A stretch of DNA of 64,000 bases from Candidatus Zixiibacteriota bacterium (lineage in GTDB: Bacteria; Zixibacteria; MSB-5A5; UM-FILTER-46-8), in contig JALSTH010000040.1 of the NCBI GenBank assembly GCA_026983835.1, forward strand, positions 510-64,509. Reading direction: 5' to 3'. The notes beneath the pieces are model-generated. The model was not told where the DNA came from. It ran no database searches and worked only from the letters and a program-made list of their open reading frames with translations. Made by a program: the position numbers and the translations under genes. Below are positions 18,885-29,811 of the stretch, one piece after another. The number at the start of each line of letters is the position of its first letter. The first letter of the stretch is position 1.

Positions 18885-19877
18885 CTATCTAACACTCTCA
18901 TTAGGGATACGAACCGATTTCAATTCCCCATCATAAACCACACACCCGGGATAATCTCCACCCAAAGAATGCGTAAGAGCACATATCGCCACCTCCAACA
19001 TTCCATCGTCCGGTTCCTGTGTCGTAATCATTTGTAGCCACAACCCGGGCTTTACCAATAAGGCAGTCAGCGGGTTATCAACCTTTTTGGCGGAAAGTTT
19101 CAGCAACTCATAAGATCCCCCGGCGACTAATGGGAGAAGCGAAAAATGAACGATAAAACGCTCCAACAGATATGGCGCACGGTTTGCTATAAGAGCAAAA
19201 ATGGTATCGGATATCGAATAGGTCAATATGGCTAACAGCGCTACTATTAAAATAAAACTCGTGCCGCAACGGGGATGCTTTGTGCTGTAAATACGGACAT
19301 TTTCAGGGGTCAGTTCCTGTCCCGCTTCATAAGCGTAAATCGATTTATGTTCAGCGCCATGATATGAAAATATTCGTTTAATCTCCTTGAATTTGGAGAT
19401 TATATATATATACAGCACAAACATTGCCATCCTAATTATCCCCGCAATGATATTGAAGGCAAAAGCGCCGTCATTTCCCTTCAACAAAGAGGTCAAGGCG
19501 ATTGGGACAAAGAAAAATATCAAAACCCCCACGCCCATAGCGACAATCGCCGTCAAAATCAAACTGAAACTAAAAAGTCCTCCGGAATCCGACTTTAACT
19601 TTCGCGGTTTGCCGGGCATAGCCTCATCGGCATCTCTGGCGGCGACCTCTGCGGAAAAGTTTAAGGTCTTAATCCCCAAAAGCAACATTTCAAAAAAAGC
19701 GATGGCGCCGCGTATGATTGGGATATCAAAACGGAGATGGCGTTTCACAAAGGGTTTATATTCCTCGCTTTTGACCAATATAGAACCGTTAATTCTGCGG
19801 ACTGCGGTGGAAACCCTATCCGCCGAACGCATCATAACCCCTTCGATTACTGCTTGTCCTCCGACATTAAATGGCAT
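18885..19877 (-). CDS. DUF1385 (YqhQ-like) membrane-associated protein, commonly encoded next to prfA
   Basis: [18 protein letters not shown]...[13 protein letters not shown]...[10 protein letters not shown] conserved DUF1385 blocks. Confidence 0.7.
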   Translation of the reverse strand: MPFNVGGQAVIEGVMMRSADRVSTAVRRINGSILVKSEEYKPFVKRHLRFDIPIIRGAIAFFEMLLLGIKTLNFSAEVAARDADEAMPGKPRKLKSDSGGLFSFSLILTAIVAMGVGVLIFFFVPIALTSLLKGNDGAFAFNIIAGIIRMAMFVLYIYIISKFKEIKRIFSYHGAEHKSIYAYEAGQELTPENVRIYSTKHPRCGTSFILIVALLAILTYSISDTIFALIANRAPYLLERFIVHFSLLPLVAGGSYELLKLSAKKVDNPLTALLVKPGLWLQMITTQEPDDGMLEVAICALTHSLGGDYPGCVVYDGELKSVRIPNESVR

Positions 19878-19956
19878 ATAAAATAATCCTGCTAATAAAC
19901 AAAGCGGGCATAATCGAGGGAAACTTCGACAGCCCGCCTTAAGACATTAAACCTAT

Positions 19957-20175
19957 TTATTTAGATTTACGATTCTCAACCTTAGCATACTTACGCCTAT
20001 ACCGTTCCACACGACCGGCGGTATCTACCAATTTCTGTTTGCCGGTGAAAAACGGATGGCAGGCGGAACAAATATCAAGCCTGATTTCCTTGATTGTGCT
20101 TCGTGTCTTAAATGTATTTCCGCAGGCGCAGGTTACGGTAATATCATAATACTTAGGATGTATTTTCGGTTTCAT
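19957..20175 (-). CDS. rpmE: 50S ribosomal protein L31
   Basis: [27 protein letters not shown]...[10 protein letters not shown]; four Zn-ligand cysteines, near-canonical L31. Confidence 0.9.
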   Translation of the reverse strand: MKPKIHPKYYDITVTCACGNTFKTRSTIKEIRLDICSACHPFFTGKQKLVDTAGRVERYRRKYAKVENRKSK

Positions 20176-20406
20176 TTTCTCTCCGTTATTTATTTCGTCA
20201 TAAAACCTAGTTAATATACGAATTTTCTTCCTATAAGCAAGAAAGAATTTCTACCCTGTGATACACTTTCCCCGAATCTCAACAGCCCTAATTCTTCGTC
20301 TCTTATGAAAATAAGGCCTTCTCAAAATAAAAGTCTTGGAATCGGTGTATTTTAAATGCTAAAATATGTTTAAATGAATAAAGCACCTAATAACAATTAT
20401 GCTGAC

Positions 20407-20697
20407 TTATTCCCCGACAGCCGTACTTTGAGACCTAAACTTATTCAACCTTTTAGTCAATATCGATTTTTGGCGATCGGCTTTGCGATGGTGTATAATA
20501 TGTTTTTGGCCGGCCTTATCCAAAATGGAAAACGCACTTTTCAGAAGCTCCGTTTTTTTGGAAATATCGCTTTCGATTTCAAACTTTCTAATAGTATTTT
20601 TTATTTGTGTTTTGAATGCTCTATTTCTCAATCTAAACTGTTTTGATTGGCGGTTGCGTTTTGCTGCTTGACGATTGGTACCCAAAAGTTCCTCCAT
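20407..20697 (-). CDS. rpsT: 30S ribosomal protein S20
   Basis: NRQAAKRNRQSKQFRLRNRAFKTQIKNTIRKF...HHRKADRQKSILTKRLN matches the S20 basic helical pattern. The true start may be an internal TTG/GTG. Confidence 0.8.
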   Translation of the reverse strand: MEELLGTNRQAAKRNRQSKQFRLRNRAFKTQIKNTIRKFEIESDISKKTELLKSAFSILDKAGQKHIIHHRKADRQKSILTKRLNKFRSQSTAVGE

Positions 20698-20758
20698 ACA
20701 TTTTTTTTATTTCTCAAACTAGTAAGATAACATTTATTTATGGGGTGTCAATAAAAAT

Positions 20759-22333
20759 TTGAACGGGGAAACAAAATCAGAAAAAGGGATTTCCCTATCC
20801 AAGGGAGTAGCTCGATTTTCAGGCGGGACACTAATATCAAGGGTTTTGGGGCTTGTGCGGGAGCAGGTATTCGCAATCCTCTTCGGGGCGGGGGTATATA
20901 CCGATGCCTTTTTCGCCGCCTTTAGGATACCCAATCTCTTACGGGATTTGTTTGCGGAAGGCGCATTATCCGCAGCTTTTATTCCCACATTTTCAAAAGA
21001 GAATTCGGACAAAGGCAAGCAGACCGCCTTCCAATTAGCAAACTTGGTTTTCACTTCGATGGCTATTATTGTCTCGGCAGTTTGTTTTTTGGGAATTATA
21101 ATCGCCCCGCTAATCGTCCATTTAATAGCTCCCGGATTTGCAAATGTGGAAGGTCAGATGGCTTTGACCGTCGTTATGACCCGAATTATGTTTCCGCTTC
21201 TGCTGTTTGTTTCACTATCCTCTATTGCGATGGGTATCCTTAATACCTATGGAATTTTTGGAATACCGGCATTAGCTCCGGTAATGTTTAATTTGGCAAT
21301 GATAGCCTGCGGAATTTTCCTTCGCGGGTATTTCGATCCCCCCATTATCGCAATGGCTGTGGGGGTTTTTATCGGGGGAGCGGGGCAATTGTCCTTTCAG
21401 ATACCGGCTTTATTAGCTATCGGTTTTCGTTTTAAGCTAAAAATCGACTTTCGAGACGAACGGTTGAAAAAAATCTTCCGCCTGATGCTTCCCGCATCTT
21501 TAGGGACCGCCGCCATTCAAATAAATATATTTGTAAACACTTTATTGGCATCGTTTTTGCCTCATGGCAGCTTATCATATTTGAACTACGGTTATCGATT
21601 GATGCATCTGCCTTTGGCACTCTTCGGCGTGGGAGTCGCCTCGGTAAGCCTGCCTCGATTTTCACTGGAATACTCATCTAATGATATTGACGGTTTGAAG
21701 GAGGAGTATATCTCTTCCTTAAGGTTTTCACTGTTTCTGATATTACCGGCGATGTCATTTATACTCGCCGGAGCATTTCCCATAGTCGGGACGATTTTCC
21801 AACATGGCAAATTCAGCTATTCCGATACAATAGCCACTGTCGGTGTTCTCAGATTATATGCTTCGGGGCTTTTCGCTTTTGCCACCGTGAGGATAACCTC
21901 TCAGGCATTTTTTGCGATGCACGATACCAAAACTCCAATGAAAACCGGCGTAATCGCTGTTGGAGTGAACATCATTTTGAATTTAATTTTAATGGGACCT
22001 TTCCAATATCTGGGACTGGCGGCGGCAACGACTATCGCCGGTATATTAAATATGACCATCTTGGTTTTTCTATTACGACGGCGGTTAGGGAGGATCGGCT
22101 TGCGGCAGTTGTTTGTCTTTGCCGTAAAAATCGTGGGGATAAACCTATCTTTAGCCATTGGTGTTTTATATATTTGCGCCAAGTTCGGCTTAAATTCCGG
22201 GGTGGTCGGGGGATGGACCGAAGGAATTATGTTGCTTGCATTAATTGTAGCTTATATAGTTGGATATATCGGTTTAAGTGCGCTTTTCGGGTTGAAGGAG
22301 TCGAGTAAAATAATCAAATTATTCAGGAAATAA
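20759..22333 (+). CDS. murJ: Lipid II flippase MurJ (MviN)
   Basis: 14-TM protein with the MurJ N-terminal block RVLGLVREQVFAILFGAGVYTDAFFAAFRIPNLLRDLFAEGALSAAFIPTFS. Confidence 0.85.
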   Translation: MNGETKSEKGISLSKGVARFSGGTLISRVLGLVREQVFAILFGAGVYTDAFFAAFRIPNLLRDLFAEGALSAAFIPTFSKENSDKGKQTAFQLANLVFTSMAIIVSAVCFLGIIIAPLIVHLIAPGFANVEGQMALTVVMTRIMFPLLLFVSLSSIAMGILNTYGIFGIPALAPVMFNLAMIACGIFLRGYFDPPIIAMAVGVFIGGAGQLSFQIPALLAIGFRFKLKIDFRDERLKKIFRLMLPASLGTAAIQINIFVNTLLASFLPHGSLSYLNYGYRLMHLPLALFGVGVASVSLPRFSLEYSSNDIDGLKEEYISSLRFSLFLILPAMSFILAGAFPIVGTIFQHGKFSYSDTIATVGVLRLYASGLFAFATVRITSQAFFAMHDTKTPMKTGVIAVGVNIILNLILMGPFQYLGLAAATTIAGILNMTILVFLLRRRLGRIGLRQLFVFAVKIVGINLSLAIGVLYICAKFGLNSGVVGGWTEGIMLLALIVAYIVGYIGLSALFGLKESSKIIKLFRK

Positions 22334-22337
22334 AACC

Positions 22338-23360
22338 GTGAAAACCTTAGTTATACAAACGGCTTTTTTGGGCGATTTGCTGTTGACTTTGCCGTTGGTT
22401 AAGGCATTAAAGCTTCAGGATGAAGATGGCGAAGTTCAGCTACTGATACGGGCGGGATATTCGGAAGTGTTGCAAAATAATCCCGACCTCTCCGATGTAT
22501 TGGAGTTGGATAAGGGGATCGGTAAAGGGATGACTACCAGCTCGGCGGTCGCTGAGATTAAGCGTCGAAAATTCGACAGGGCGATTATCCCCCATCGATC
22601 CCTGCGAAGTGCGTTAATCGCATATTTGGCAAACATTCCCGAAAGGATAGGATTTTTCTCCGCACCCGGGTATATCTTATATACCGAATCGGTCGAATAC
22701 CCTCCAACGGGACATCAAATCCTCAGAATGCTTGTTTTAGCAAAGGAAAAGGGAACGGATATCGAGCGCTTTCCCATTACGGTATTCCCCGATGATAATA
22801 ATTTTGATAAAGCCGATGATGTCATCTCCGGCATCATAGTCGGCAGGGCGGAAAATATCGCTGCTATCGCTCCGGGTTCGGTTTGGCCCACCAAGCGATG
22901 GCCCGTGGAATATTTTGCGGAATTGGGGAATTATCTTATCAGGGAACGCGACTTCCATCTGATTCTGACCGGCTCGAAGGATGACCGCGATATCTGTTTC
23001 GAGATAGGGGAACAGCTTCCGTCATCGGGATGGGCGATTACTGCGGGGGAGTTTTCAATTATGGATACTGCCGCCGTCTTTGCGCGCTCATCATTTGTCG
23101 TAGCAAATGATTCTGCGGCTGGACATCTTGCCTCCGCGGTCAACACTCCGGTACTCACGATTTATGGTCCGACGGTGCCGTCATTCGGTTTTTATCCCAT
23201 CGGGAAGGATAATATCATAGCCGAATATCGTCATTTGTATTGTCGTCCTTGCTCCAAACATGGACCCAGAAAATGTCCCGAGGAGCATTTCAAATGTATG
23301 CTTGAGTTGATCCCTGATTATGTTATCTCCTTGATGGATCCGCTACTTGAGGGAACTTAA
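22338..23360 (+). CDS. Family 9 glycosyltransferase (LPS heptosyltransferase-like)
   Basis: MKTLVIQTAFLGDLLLTLPLVKALK N-terminal GT9 signature. C-terminal ...NDSAAGHLASAVNTPVLTIYGPT... Confidence 0.75.
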   Translation: MKTLVIQTAFLGDLLLTLPLVKALKLQDEDGEVQLLIRAGYSEVLQNNPDLSDVLELDKGIGKGMTTSSAVAEIKRRKFDRAIIPHRSLRSALIAYLANIPERIGFFSAPGYILYTESVEYPPTGHQILRMLVLAKEKGTDIERFPITVFPDDNNFDKADDVISGIIVGRAENIAAIAPGSVWPTKRWPVEYFAELGNYLIRERDFHLILTGSKDDRDICFEIGEQLPSSGWAITAGEFSIMDTAAVFARSSFVVANDSAAGHLASAVNTPVLTIYGPTVPSFGFYPIGKDNIIAEYRHLYCRPCSKHGPRKCPEEHFKCMLELIPDYVISLMDPLLEGT

Positions 23361-23420
23361 TCGGTATTTCCGCAAAAGCGAGAAGCCGAAAGCGGGAGTG
23401 TTTTAAGATAGCAAACATTT

Positions 23421-24425
23421 ATGCTATCTTTACTTATTTTTTGTACTCAAATGGATAAATACATAAAACCCCCTAATTATGGAAAACAATTCTCGGTCGG
23501 GATCGTCGGCACTATTAATAACGATGTCGTAATGGGGGATGAGTCCGATTATAACGATTTGGGCGGTATTATGTACAATATCCTCGCTTTGCATTATTTG
23601 AGCGGCGGCAAAATCTTAATCAAACCTGTTACTTATTACGGATATGACATCGCCGAGAGACTTAATTATTACCTTCAGGATAAACCGAATATCTCCACCG
23701 AGAATCTACATAGATTGAATGTAAATAATCCTTTAGTGAAACTTTGGGATTTAGGCGATTTTGGGAAAAAGGAAATAAAACAATTCAGCTTGCCGGCTAT
23801 TCCTTCCAAGATGCTAACTTCGGTTATGGAGTGTGATTTAGTTTTGATTAACTATATTTCGGGACAGGATATCGAGGTCGATACCCTATTGAAATTCCGT
23901 GAAAGTTATAGCGGGTTGATTTATATCGATATTCACAGTTTGACCTTGGGAATTAAGGAGAACGGCGAGCGATATTACCGTCAGCCCCAGAGATGGAAGG
24001 AAATAATAACCTGCGGGGATATGATCCAGATGAATTTGATGGAGGCTCGGACCTTATTGGGATATAACAATATCGGTGCCGATGAATTGGGCGATGACAT
24101 TTTAAATCCGATATTGACGGAGTTTACGAAATATGGCGCCAAGGCTGTTTTGTTGACACTTGGTGATAATGGGGCAAAAATATCTTTTGGGGAGGGGGGA
24201 AAAGTCTCCATATATGATTCGGTCCCGAAGATAACAGAACCTACGAAAGGCGAAGCGACAGGTTGTGGGGATATTTTTGCGGCGGCGTTTATCCTCTCTA
24301 TTTTGAATGGGAGGGGCTATCCCGCCTCCCTTGATTATGCGGTCGCCGCCGCTACCGAGAAATATAAAGCCCCGGGACTTGCGGGGACTGAAAAACTTAA
24401 AAGTTTTCAATTCCAATTGCGGTAA
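23421..24425 (+). CDS. PfkB-family carbohydrate kinase (possibly a heptose-phosphate kinase given the GT9 neighbour)
   Basis: C-terminal PfkB signature EATGCGDIFAAAFI (DTxGAGD-like) and a GG dipeptide region. The function assignment is inferred from context only. Confidence 0.55.
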   Translation: MLSLLIFCTQMDKYIKPPNYGKQFSVGIVGTINNDVVMGDESDYNDLGGIMYNILALHYLSGGKILIKPVTYYGYDIAERLNYYLQDKPNISTENLHRLNVNNPLVKLWDLGDFGKKEIKQFSLPAIPSKMLTSVMECDLVLINYISGQDIEVDTLLKFRESYSGLIYIDIHSLTLGIKENGERYYRQPQRWKEIITCGDMIQMNLMEARTLLGYNNIGADELGDDILNPILTEFTKYGAKAVLLTLGDNGAKISFGEGGKVSIYDSVPKITEPTKGEATGCGDIFAAAFILSILNGRGYPASLDYAVAAATEKYKAPGLAGTEKLKSFQFQLR

Positions 24426-24484
24426 ATTATTAATTGATTATCGCCGGGAATACGATTATCTTTTCGGGGGTACAGTAAAGGAGT

Positions 24485-24934
24485 GTGCTTATGAAAATTG
24501 CAATCGGTTCCGATCACGCCGGTTATGAATTAAAGGAAAAAGTCAAACGATACCTCAAAAGCAGGGGACATAATATCAATGACTTCGGGACGGACTCCAT
24601 AAAATCCGTCGATTACCCGGATTACGCTTATAAAGTTGCCAAAGGTGTCGCCGATGGCGAATTCGAGCGTGGTGTCCTGATATGTTGGACAGGGAATGGA
24701 ATGACTATCGCCGCCAATAAGGTTCGGGGCGTTCGTGCCGCCTTGTGTCTGAATGAACGGATGGCGGAGTTGGCGAGGAAACATAACGATGCGAGAATAC
24801 TTTGCATGGCGTCCCTATTTTTAGGCGAGGAGGAAGCTTATGAGATTGCCGATAAGTTTTTTGGTTCGAATTTCGAGGGGGGTCGTCATTCCCGCAGGAT
24901 CGGGAAAATCGAAGAGTACGAATGCAAAGATTGA
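24485..24934 (+). CDS. rpiB: Ribose-5-phosphate isomerase B
   Basis: MKIAIGSDHAGYELKEKV...VLICWTGNGMTIAANKVRGVRAALC, the canonical RpiB/LacAB fold sequence. Confidence 0.85.
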   Translation: MLMKIAIGSDHAGYELKEKVKRYLKSRGHNINDFGTDSIKSVDYPDYAYKVAKGVADGEFERGVLICWTGNGMTIAANKVRGVRAALCLNERMAELARKHNDARILCMASLFLGEEEAYEIADKFFGSNFEGGRHSRRIGKIEEYECKD

Positions 24935-24960
24935 GAATTTAAGTTAAACGGAGCTTTTAT

Positions 24961-26208
24961 ATGTCTGAATTACAAAATGTCGATCTGAAAATATACGAAG
25001 CCATAAAAAATGAAACCCGCCGTCAAGCGAATACATTGGAGCTGATAGCTTCGGAGAATTTCGTTTCGCGTGCAGTCTTGGAGGCTATGGGTTCGGTGAT
25101 GACCAATAAATACGCCGAAGGTTATCCCGGAAAACGATACTACGGCGGTTGCGAGTTTGTAGATGTAGCCGAAGATTTAGCTCGCGAGAGGGCTAAAGAG
25201 CTTTTCAGGTGTGAACATGTCAATGTCCAACCGCATTCCGGTTCGCAAGCCAATATGGCGGTTTATTTCGCAACGCTTCAGCCCGGGGATACGATTTTAG
25301 GTTTGAACCTTTCACACGGCGGACACCTTACGCACGGTCATCCAATCAACTTTTCCGGAAGGTTCTTCAATGTCGTTTCATACGGGGTCAATAAAGATAC
25401 CGAAGTAATCGATTATGATGAGCTGAGAGAAATCGCTCTAAAGGCTAAGCCAAAGATGATTATCGGGGGTGCATCGGCATATCCCCGCACTCTCGATTTT
25501 CCGAAATTTCGGGAAATAAGCGATGAGGTTGGGGCGCTTTTAATGGTGGATATCGCTCATATCGCCGGGCTTATCGTAGCCGGATTACATCCTTCACCGA
25601 TTCCGTATGCGGATTTTGTAACCACCACAACTCATAAAACCCTTCGCGGTCCTCGCGGCGGTATGATAATGTGCAAAGAAAAATATGCCGCCGATTTGGA
25701 TCGCACAGTTATGCCCGGAATACAGGGCGGACCGCTGATGCATATAATCGCCGCTAAGGCTGTTGCCTTCAAAGAAGCGATGAGGCCCGAGTTCAAAGAA
25801 TATCAAAAGCAGATTATAGCCAACGCCAAAGCCCTGGCGAAAAAATTATCCTCGCGCGGTTTGAGACTTGTCACCGGCGGCACGGATACCCATTTGATGT
25901 TGGTAAACTTTATCGACAAGGGTATCTCGGGGAAGAAAGTTGAGAAAGCATTGGAGAAAGCGGGGATTACGGTGAATAAAAATACAGTCCCCTTCGATCC
26001 CAAAAAGCCGTTCGTAACTTCCGGGATAAGAATTGGCACGCCTGCGATTACCACCCGTGGAATGAAGGAAGCTGAGATGGAAATAATCGGCGATTTGATA
26101 GCTGATACCATCGAGCATATCGGGGATGAGGAATATTTTCCGAAGGTCAAGGAAAAGGTGCAAAAACTTTGCGCTGCTTTCCCGCTTTACGAAGATATGT
26201 ATTTGTAG
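24961..26208 (+). CDS. glyA: Serine hydroxymethyltransferase
   Basis: [43 protein letters not shown] and the PLP-lysine block [16 protein letters not shown]. Confidence 0.95.
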   Translation: MSELQNVDLKIYEAIKNETRRQANTLELIASENFVSRAVLEAMGSVMTNKYAEGYPGKRYYGGCEFVDVAEDLARERAKELFRCEHVNVQPHSGSQANMAVYFATLQPGDTILGLNLSHGGHLTHGHPINFSGRFFNVVSYGVNKDTEVIDYDELREIALKAKPKMIIGGASAYPRTLDFPKFREISDEVGALLMVDIAHIAGLIVAGLHPSPIPYADFVTTTTHKTLRGPRGGMIMCKEKYAADLDRTVMPGIQGGPLMHIIAAKAVAFKEAMRPEFKEYQKQIIANAKALAKKLSSRGLRLVTGGTDTHLMLVNFIDKGISGKKVEKALEKAGITVNKNTVPFDPKKPFVTSGIRIGTPAITTRGMKEAEMEIIGDLIADTIEHIGDEEYFPKVKEKVQKLCAAFPLYEDMYL

Positions 26209-26217
26209 GGAGTAATT

Positions 26218-26523
26218 ATGTTAGCTGAATTTTCCGTAGCGCCGACCGGAGTCGGCGAATCCTTATCCGAATATGTAGCGAAGATTATGGATGTTATCGA
26301 TAAATCCGGGCTTGAATATAAAGCTGGTCCTATGGGGACTGTTGTCGAAGGTGATTGGGATGAGGTTATGGATTTGATTAAGCGATGTCATTTTACGATG
26401 ATGGAATTCTCAAACAGGGTTTACACTCGAATAGCCATCGATGATAGAAAAGGCGCAACCGGTAGAATCGAAGGGAAAATTGCGGATGTGGAGAAGCACC
26501 TAATCCGTAAGTTAAAGAAATAA
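26218..26523 (+). CDS. MTH1187/YkoF-family (DUF77) small protein
   Basis: MLAEFSVAPTGVGESLSEYVAKIMDVIDKSGLEYKAGPMGTVVEGDWDEV is the family's duplicated ferredoxin-like pattern. Confidence 0.7.
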   Translation: MLAEFSVAPTGVGESLSEYVAKIMDVIDKSGLEYKAGPMGTVVEGDWDEVMDLIKRCHFTMMEFSNRVYTRIAIDDRKGATGRIEGKIADVEKHLIRKLKK

Positions 26524-26536
26524 AAGGACTTCCTCG

Positions 26537-26866
26537 ATGGATAATAATGAGATCAGTATCATATTTTCAACGGCTCCGGATGAAGCCGAAGCGTCTCTGA
26601 TCGCAGAGAGGTTGATCGAAAGCGGTTCTGTCGCTTGTTGTAATATAATCCCGGGGATAAAATCCATCTACCGCTGGAAAGGCGAAATCAAAAAGGACGA
26701 TGAATGTATGCTGATTATCAAAACATCCAAATCGGAAGTCGGGAAGGTTATTGCGGAGATAAAAAGCCTCCATTCCTACGAAGTTCCGGAGATCATAAGC
26801 ATCCCCGTAATCGAAGGGAATGAAGATTATATCCAATGGGTAAAATCGATTACAAAAGGTGGATGA
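26537..26866 (+). CDS. cutA: Divalent-cation tolerance protein CutA
   Basis: IIFSTAPDEAEASLIAERLIESGSVACCNIIPGIKSIYRWKGEI...IKTSKSEV...SLHSYEVPEII matches CutA1. Confidence 0.8.
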   Translation: MDNNEISIIFSTAPDEAEASLIAERLIESGSVACCNIIPGIKSIYRWKGEIKKDDECMLIIKTSKSEVGKVIAEIKSLHSYEVPEIISIPVIEGNEDYIQWVKSITKGG

Positions 26867-27299
26867 TATGAAATCGTTCAAGATTAAAGATGGTTATCTC
26901 CTCCGTTTGGACAAAGGAGAAGAAGTCGTAAACTCAATTTTGGAATTTGTGAAGGATTCCGGGATGAAATCGGCAACCGTCTCCGCAATCGGTTCTTTGA
27001 CCGATTGTGTGTTAGGTTATTTCGACCGAGATAAAAAAACATATATACATAAAAACTTCAATGATGTTTACGAGTTGGTTTCGCTGATGGGTAATATCAC
27101 TTTTTTTGACGATCAGCCGATACTTCACGCCCATATCTGTCTCGGTGATATGCACTGCAACATATATGGGGGACATCTGTTTTCGGCGACGGTGGCTGTT
27201 ACTGCGGAGGTTTTTCTTTTGGAGGCGGGCATAGCGGTCAACCGTTCTTTAGTTGGGGAGTTCGGACTTAATCTAATCGATTCTGAGAAAAATGATTAG
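26859..27299 (+). CDS. PPC (DUF296) domain protein
   Basis: FKIKDGYLLRLDKGEEVVNSILEFVKDSGMKSATVSAIGSL...LGYFD... is the PPC-domain pattern. Confidence 0.6.
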   Translation: MDDMKSFKIKDGYLLRLDKGEEVVNSILEFVKDSGMKSATVSAIGSLTDCVLGYFDRDKKTYIHKNFNDVYELVSLMGNITFFDDQPILHAHICLGDMHCNIYGGHLFSATVAVTAEVFLLEAGIAVNRSLVGEFGLNLIDSEKND

Positions 27300-28098
27300 A
27301 CCCTCCGGCATAATAACGATTATAACCGATTTCGGCGACACCGATTATTTTGTCGGTGCGGTTAAGGGCGCAATGGTCACCATAAATCCGGTAGCGAATA
27401 TTATTGATATTACCAACAATATCCGCCCGGGAGATATTCGGCAGGCATCTTTTGTGTTAATGAATAGTTTCTCCGAGTTCCCTTCTGGTACAATTCATTA
27501 TTGCGTGGTCGATCCGGGGGTCGGATCACGGCGTAAGGCTTTGATAGTCGATGACGGTGATTATTTTTTTGTAGCCCCCGATAACGGAGTAGTCTATCCA
27601 TCCATTGAGGGCGGGGATTTTCGAGCCTATGAGATTTCAAAGATAGGGCGCCGAAAGCCGGGAGCGATATCATCGACTTTTCACGGCAGGGATATATTCG
27701 CTCCGGCGGCCTCATTGCTGTCCAAGGGAATTGATATGGGATTAATCGGTGAACCGATCGAAGAGATAGAACATTATCACTTCCCGGTGCCGAAACAAAG
27801 TGATGCCGTTTTGCTCGGCGAAATAATCCATATCGACCATTTTGGGAATCTTATCACCAATTTCCGAAGGGATAATCTATCAGAACTTAGAAAACCGATT
27901 TTTCGGACAAACGAAAGGGATATCTCTGAAAGCCGCTTATATTATCAAGAGGACAAAAGTAAAGCCCCCTTTTACATCGAGGGATCGAGCGGGTATATGG
28001 AGATTTCGGTTTGCAATTCGAGGGCTGATGTGGTATTAGGTTCCGCTGTTGGCGATATAGTGATTTTATTGGATGGAGCCGATGAAAAGACGGATTAG
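27292..28098 (+). CDS. SAM hydrolase / SAM-dependent halogenase-family protein (DUF62)
   Basis: [22 protein letters not shown]...[17 protein letters not shown]...APDNGV...[12 protein letters not shown] conserved DUF62 blocks. Confidence 0.7.
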   Translation: MIRPSGIITIITDFGDTDYFVGAVKGAMVTINPVANIIDITNNIRPGDIRQASFVLMNSFSEFPSGTIHYCVVDPGVGSRRKALIVDDGDYFFVAPDNGVVYPSIEGGDFRAYEISKIGRRKPGAISSTFHGRDIFAPAASLLSKGIDMGLIGEPIEEIEHYHFPVPKQSDAVLLGEIIHIDHFGNLITNFRRDNLSELRKPIFRTNERDISESRLYYQEDKSKAPFYIEGSSGYMEISVCNSRADVVLGSAVGDIVILLDGADEKTD

Positions 28099-28606
28099 AC
28101 CCAGTTGGGATGAATATTTTATGAGCGTCGCCGAATTAGTGAGCCAGCGCTCGACCTGCTTGCGAAGGCAGGTTGGGGCGGTTATTGTTAAGGATAAAAA
28201 GATACTGTCAACCGGTTATAACGGTGCTCCTTCGGGATTGCCGCATTGTCTCGATATAGGATGTTTGCGGACTGCTCTGAAAATCCCTTCGGGGGAACGG
28301 CATGAGCTTTGTCGGGCGATACACGCCGAACAGAATGCTATTGTCCAAGCGGCGTCTTTCGGAGTATCGATAAGGGGAGCCACCTTATATTCTACGACTT
28401 ACCCCTGTAGTTTGTGCAGCAAAATGATAATCAACGCCGGTATGGTTGAGATAGTCGTCAGGGATGGATACCCTGATGAGATGTCTATAGAGATGCTTGC
28501 TCAAGCGAAAATCAAAGTCAGGATGTTTACCGCTTCCGCCTCTGCGAACAATTCGGATGAGGATGAGGAGTCAGTGCGAATTAATAAAGATGGGGGGATG
28601 AAATGA
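28073..28606 (+). CDS. Deoxycytidylate (dCMP) deaminase
   Basis: SWDEYFM..A...[20 protein letters not shown] and [14 protein letters not shown] zinc-binding motifs (HAE / PCxxC). Confidence 0.85.
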   Translation: MEPMKRRIRPSWDEYFMSVAELVSQRSTCLRRQVGAVIVKDKKILSTGYNGAPSGLPHCLDIGCLRTALKIPSGERHELCRAIHAEQNAIVQAASFGVSIRGATLYSTTYPCSLCSKMIINAGMVEIVVRDGYPDEMSIEMLAQAKIKVRMFTASASANNSDEDEESVRINKDGGMK

Positions 28607-29055
28607 AATGTCCTTACTGCGGTTGCCAATCCGATAAAGTAGTTGATTCGCGGACCGCCGCAGACGGAGAAGCTGTGCGACGCCGGAGGGAATGCACCGC
28701 TTGCGGAAAGCGATTTACCACTTATGAATACATCGAGAGAGTAAGCCTGCAGGTGGCGAAAAATGATGGCACGCGGGAAGATTACAATCGTGGCAAGTTG
28801 ATTCAAGGTATGGTCTTAGCCTGTAAAAAAAGACCTATTTCGAGGGAATCTCTGGAGAATATAGCTGATGATATCGAAAGCAAACTCTTTGAAGTCTCCA
28901 AAGGCGAAGTATCTTCTCGTCAGATAGGAGAGTTGGTGATGGAAAAGCTCAAAGGTCTCGATGAGATAGCCTATGTCCGTTTCGCCTCCGTTTATAGAAA
29001 ATTCAAGGACAAATCGGAATTCCTCAAGGAATTGAATGATCTTTTGAGGGAATAA
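28603..29055 (+). CDS. nrdR: Transcriptional repressor NrdR
   Basis: [45 protein letters not shown] zinc ribbon followed by an ATP-cone. Confidence 0.9.
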   Translation: MKCPYCGCQSDKVVDSRTAADGEAVRRRRECTACGKRFTTYEYIERVSLQVAKNDGTREDYNRGKLIQGMVLACKKRPISRESLENIADDIESKLFEVSKGEVSSRQIGELVMEKLKGLDEIAYVRFASVYRKFKDKSEFLKELNDLLRE

Positions 29056-29061
29056 AGATAT

Positions 29062-29784
29062 ATGCGTTCCGATAACAAAGAAATGCCCTTTTTGGATCAT
29101 CTTGAAGAATTGCGGATGCGCATAATAAAAGCGGTGGCGGCGATAATTATTTTAGCCATTATTGCTTTTTTTTTCACCGACTTCCTCTTTCAATTTCTCC
29201 AACTCCCACTTAAAAAGGGGACCCCCGGGATTCAACTCCATTTTTTCGGAATTACCGAAGCATTTATGACCCGAATAAAATTGGCTCTTTTGACGGGATT
29301 ATTTGTCGGGATGCCGATAGTCCTTTTTCAGCTTTGGCAGTTCGTAGTGCCCGGCTTATTTGAATCGGAGAGAAGGGTCGCCTTTCCCCTAATAATCTTC
29401 TCGACCTTTTTTTTCCTTTTGGGAGCGTCATTTTGTTTTTTCGTGGTCGCACGATATGGATTACGCTATTTAATTTTAATTAACTCACCCCCTAATACGG
29501 AACCAGTTATCGGGTTAGGGGCTTATTTCTCATTTATTATGTGGTTGATGATTGCCTTCGGTGCTGTTTTCGAACTGCCGGTAATCGCTTTCTTTTTGGG
29601 ACGATTGGGTATTATCAACGCCAAAATGATGGCAAAAGGAAGACGATATGCCATCATAGCGATCTTAGCGGTCTCGGCATTTATCACCCCTCCGGATGTC
29701 TTTACACAGATTACTCTGAGTATTCCTCTATTCTTGCTTTATGAATTAAGTATAATAGTAGTCAGAATTACAGGAAGAAAATAA
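29062..29784 (+). CDS. tatC: Twin-arginine translocase subunit TatC
   Basis: MPFLDHLEELRMRIIKAVAAIII start and a six-TM TatC layout. Confidence 0.85.
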   Translation: MRSDNKEMPFLDHLEELRMRIIKAVAAIIILAIIAFFFTDFLFQFLQLPLKKGTPGIQLHFFGITEAFMTRIKLALLTGLFVGMPIVLFQLWQFVVPGLFESERRVAFPLIIFSTFFFLLGASFCFFVVARYGLRYLILINSPPNTEPVIGLGAYFSFIMWLMIAFGAVFELPVIAFFLGRLGIINAKMMAKGRRYAIIAILAVSAFITPPDVFTQITLSIPLFLLYELSIIVVRITGRK

Positions 29785-29811
29785 TCTGTTTATGCGGAAT
29801 TATTTCTCCGA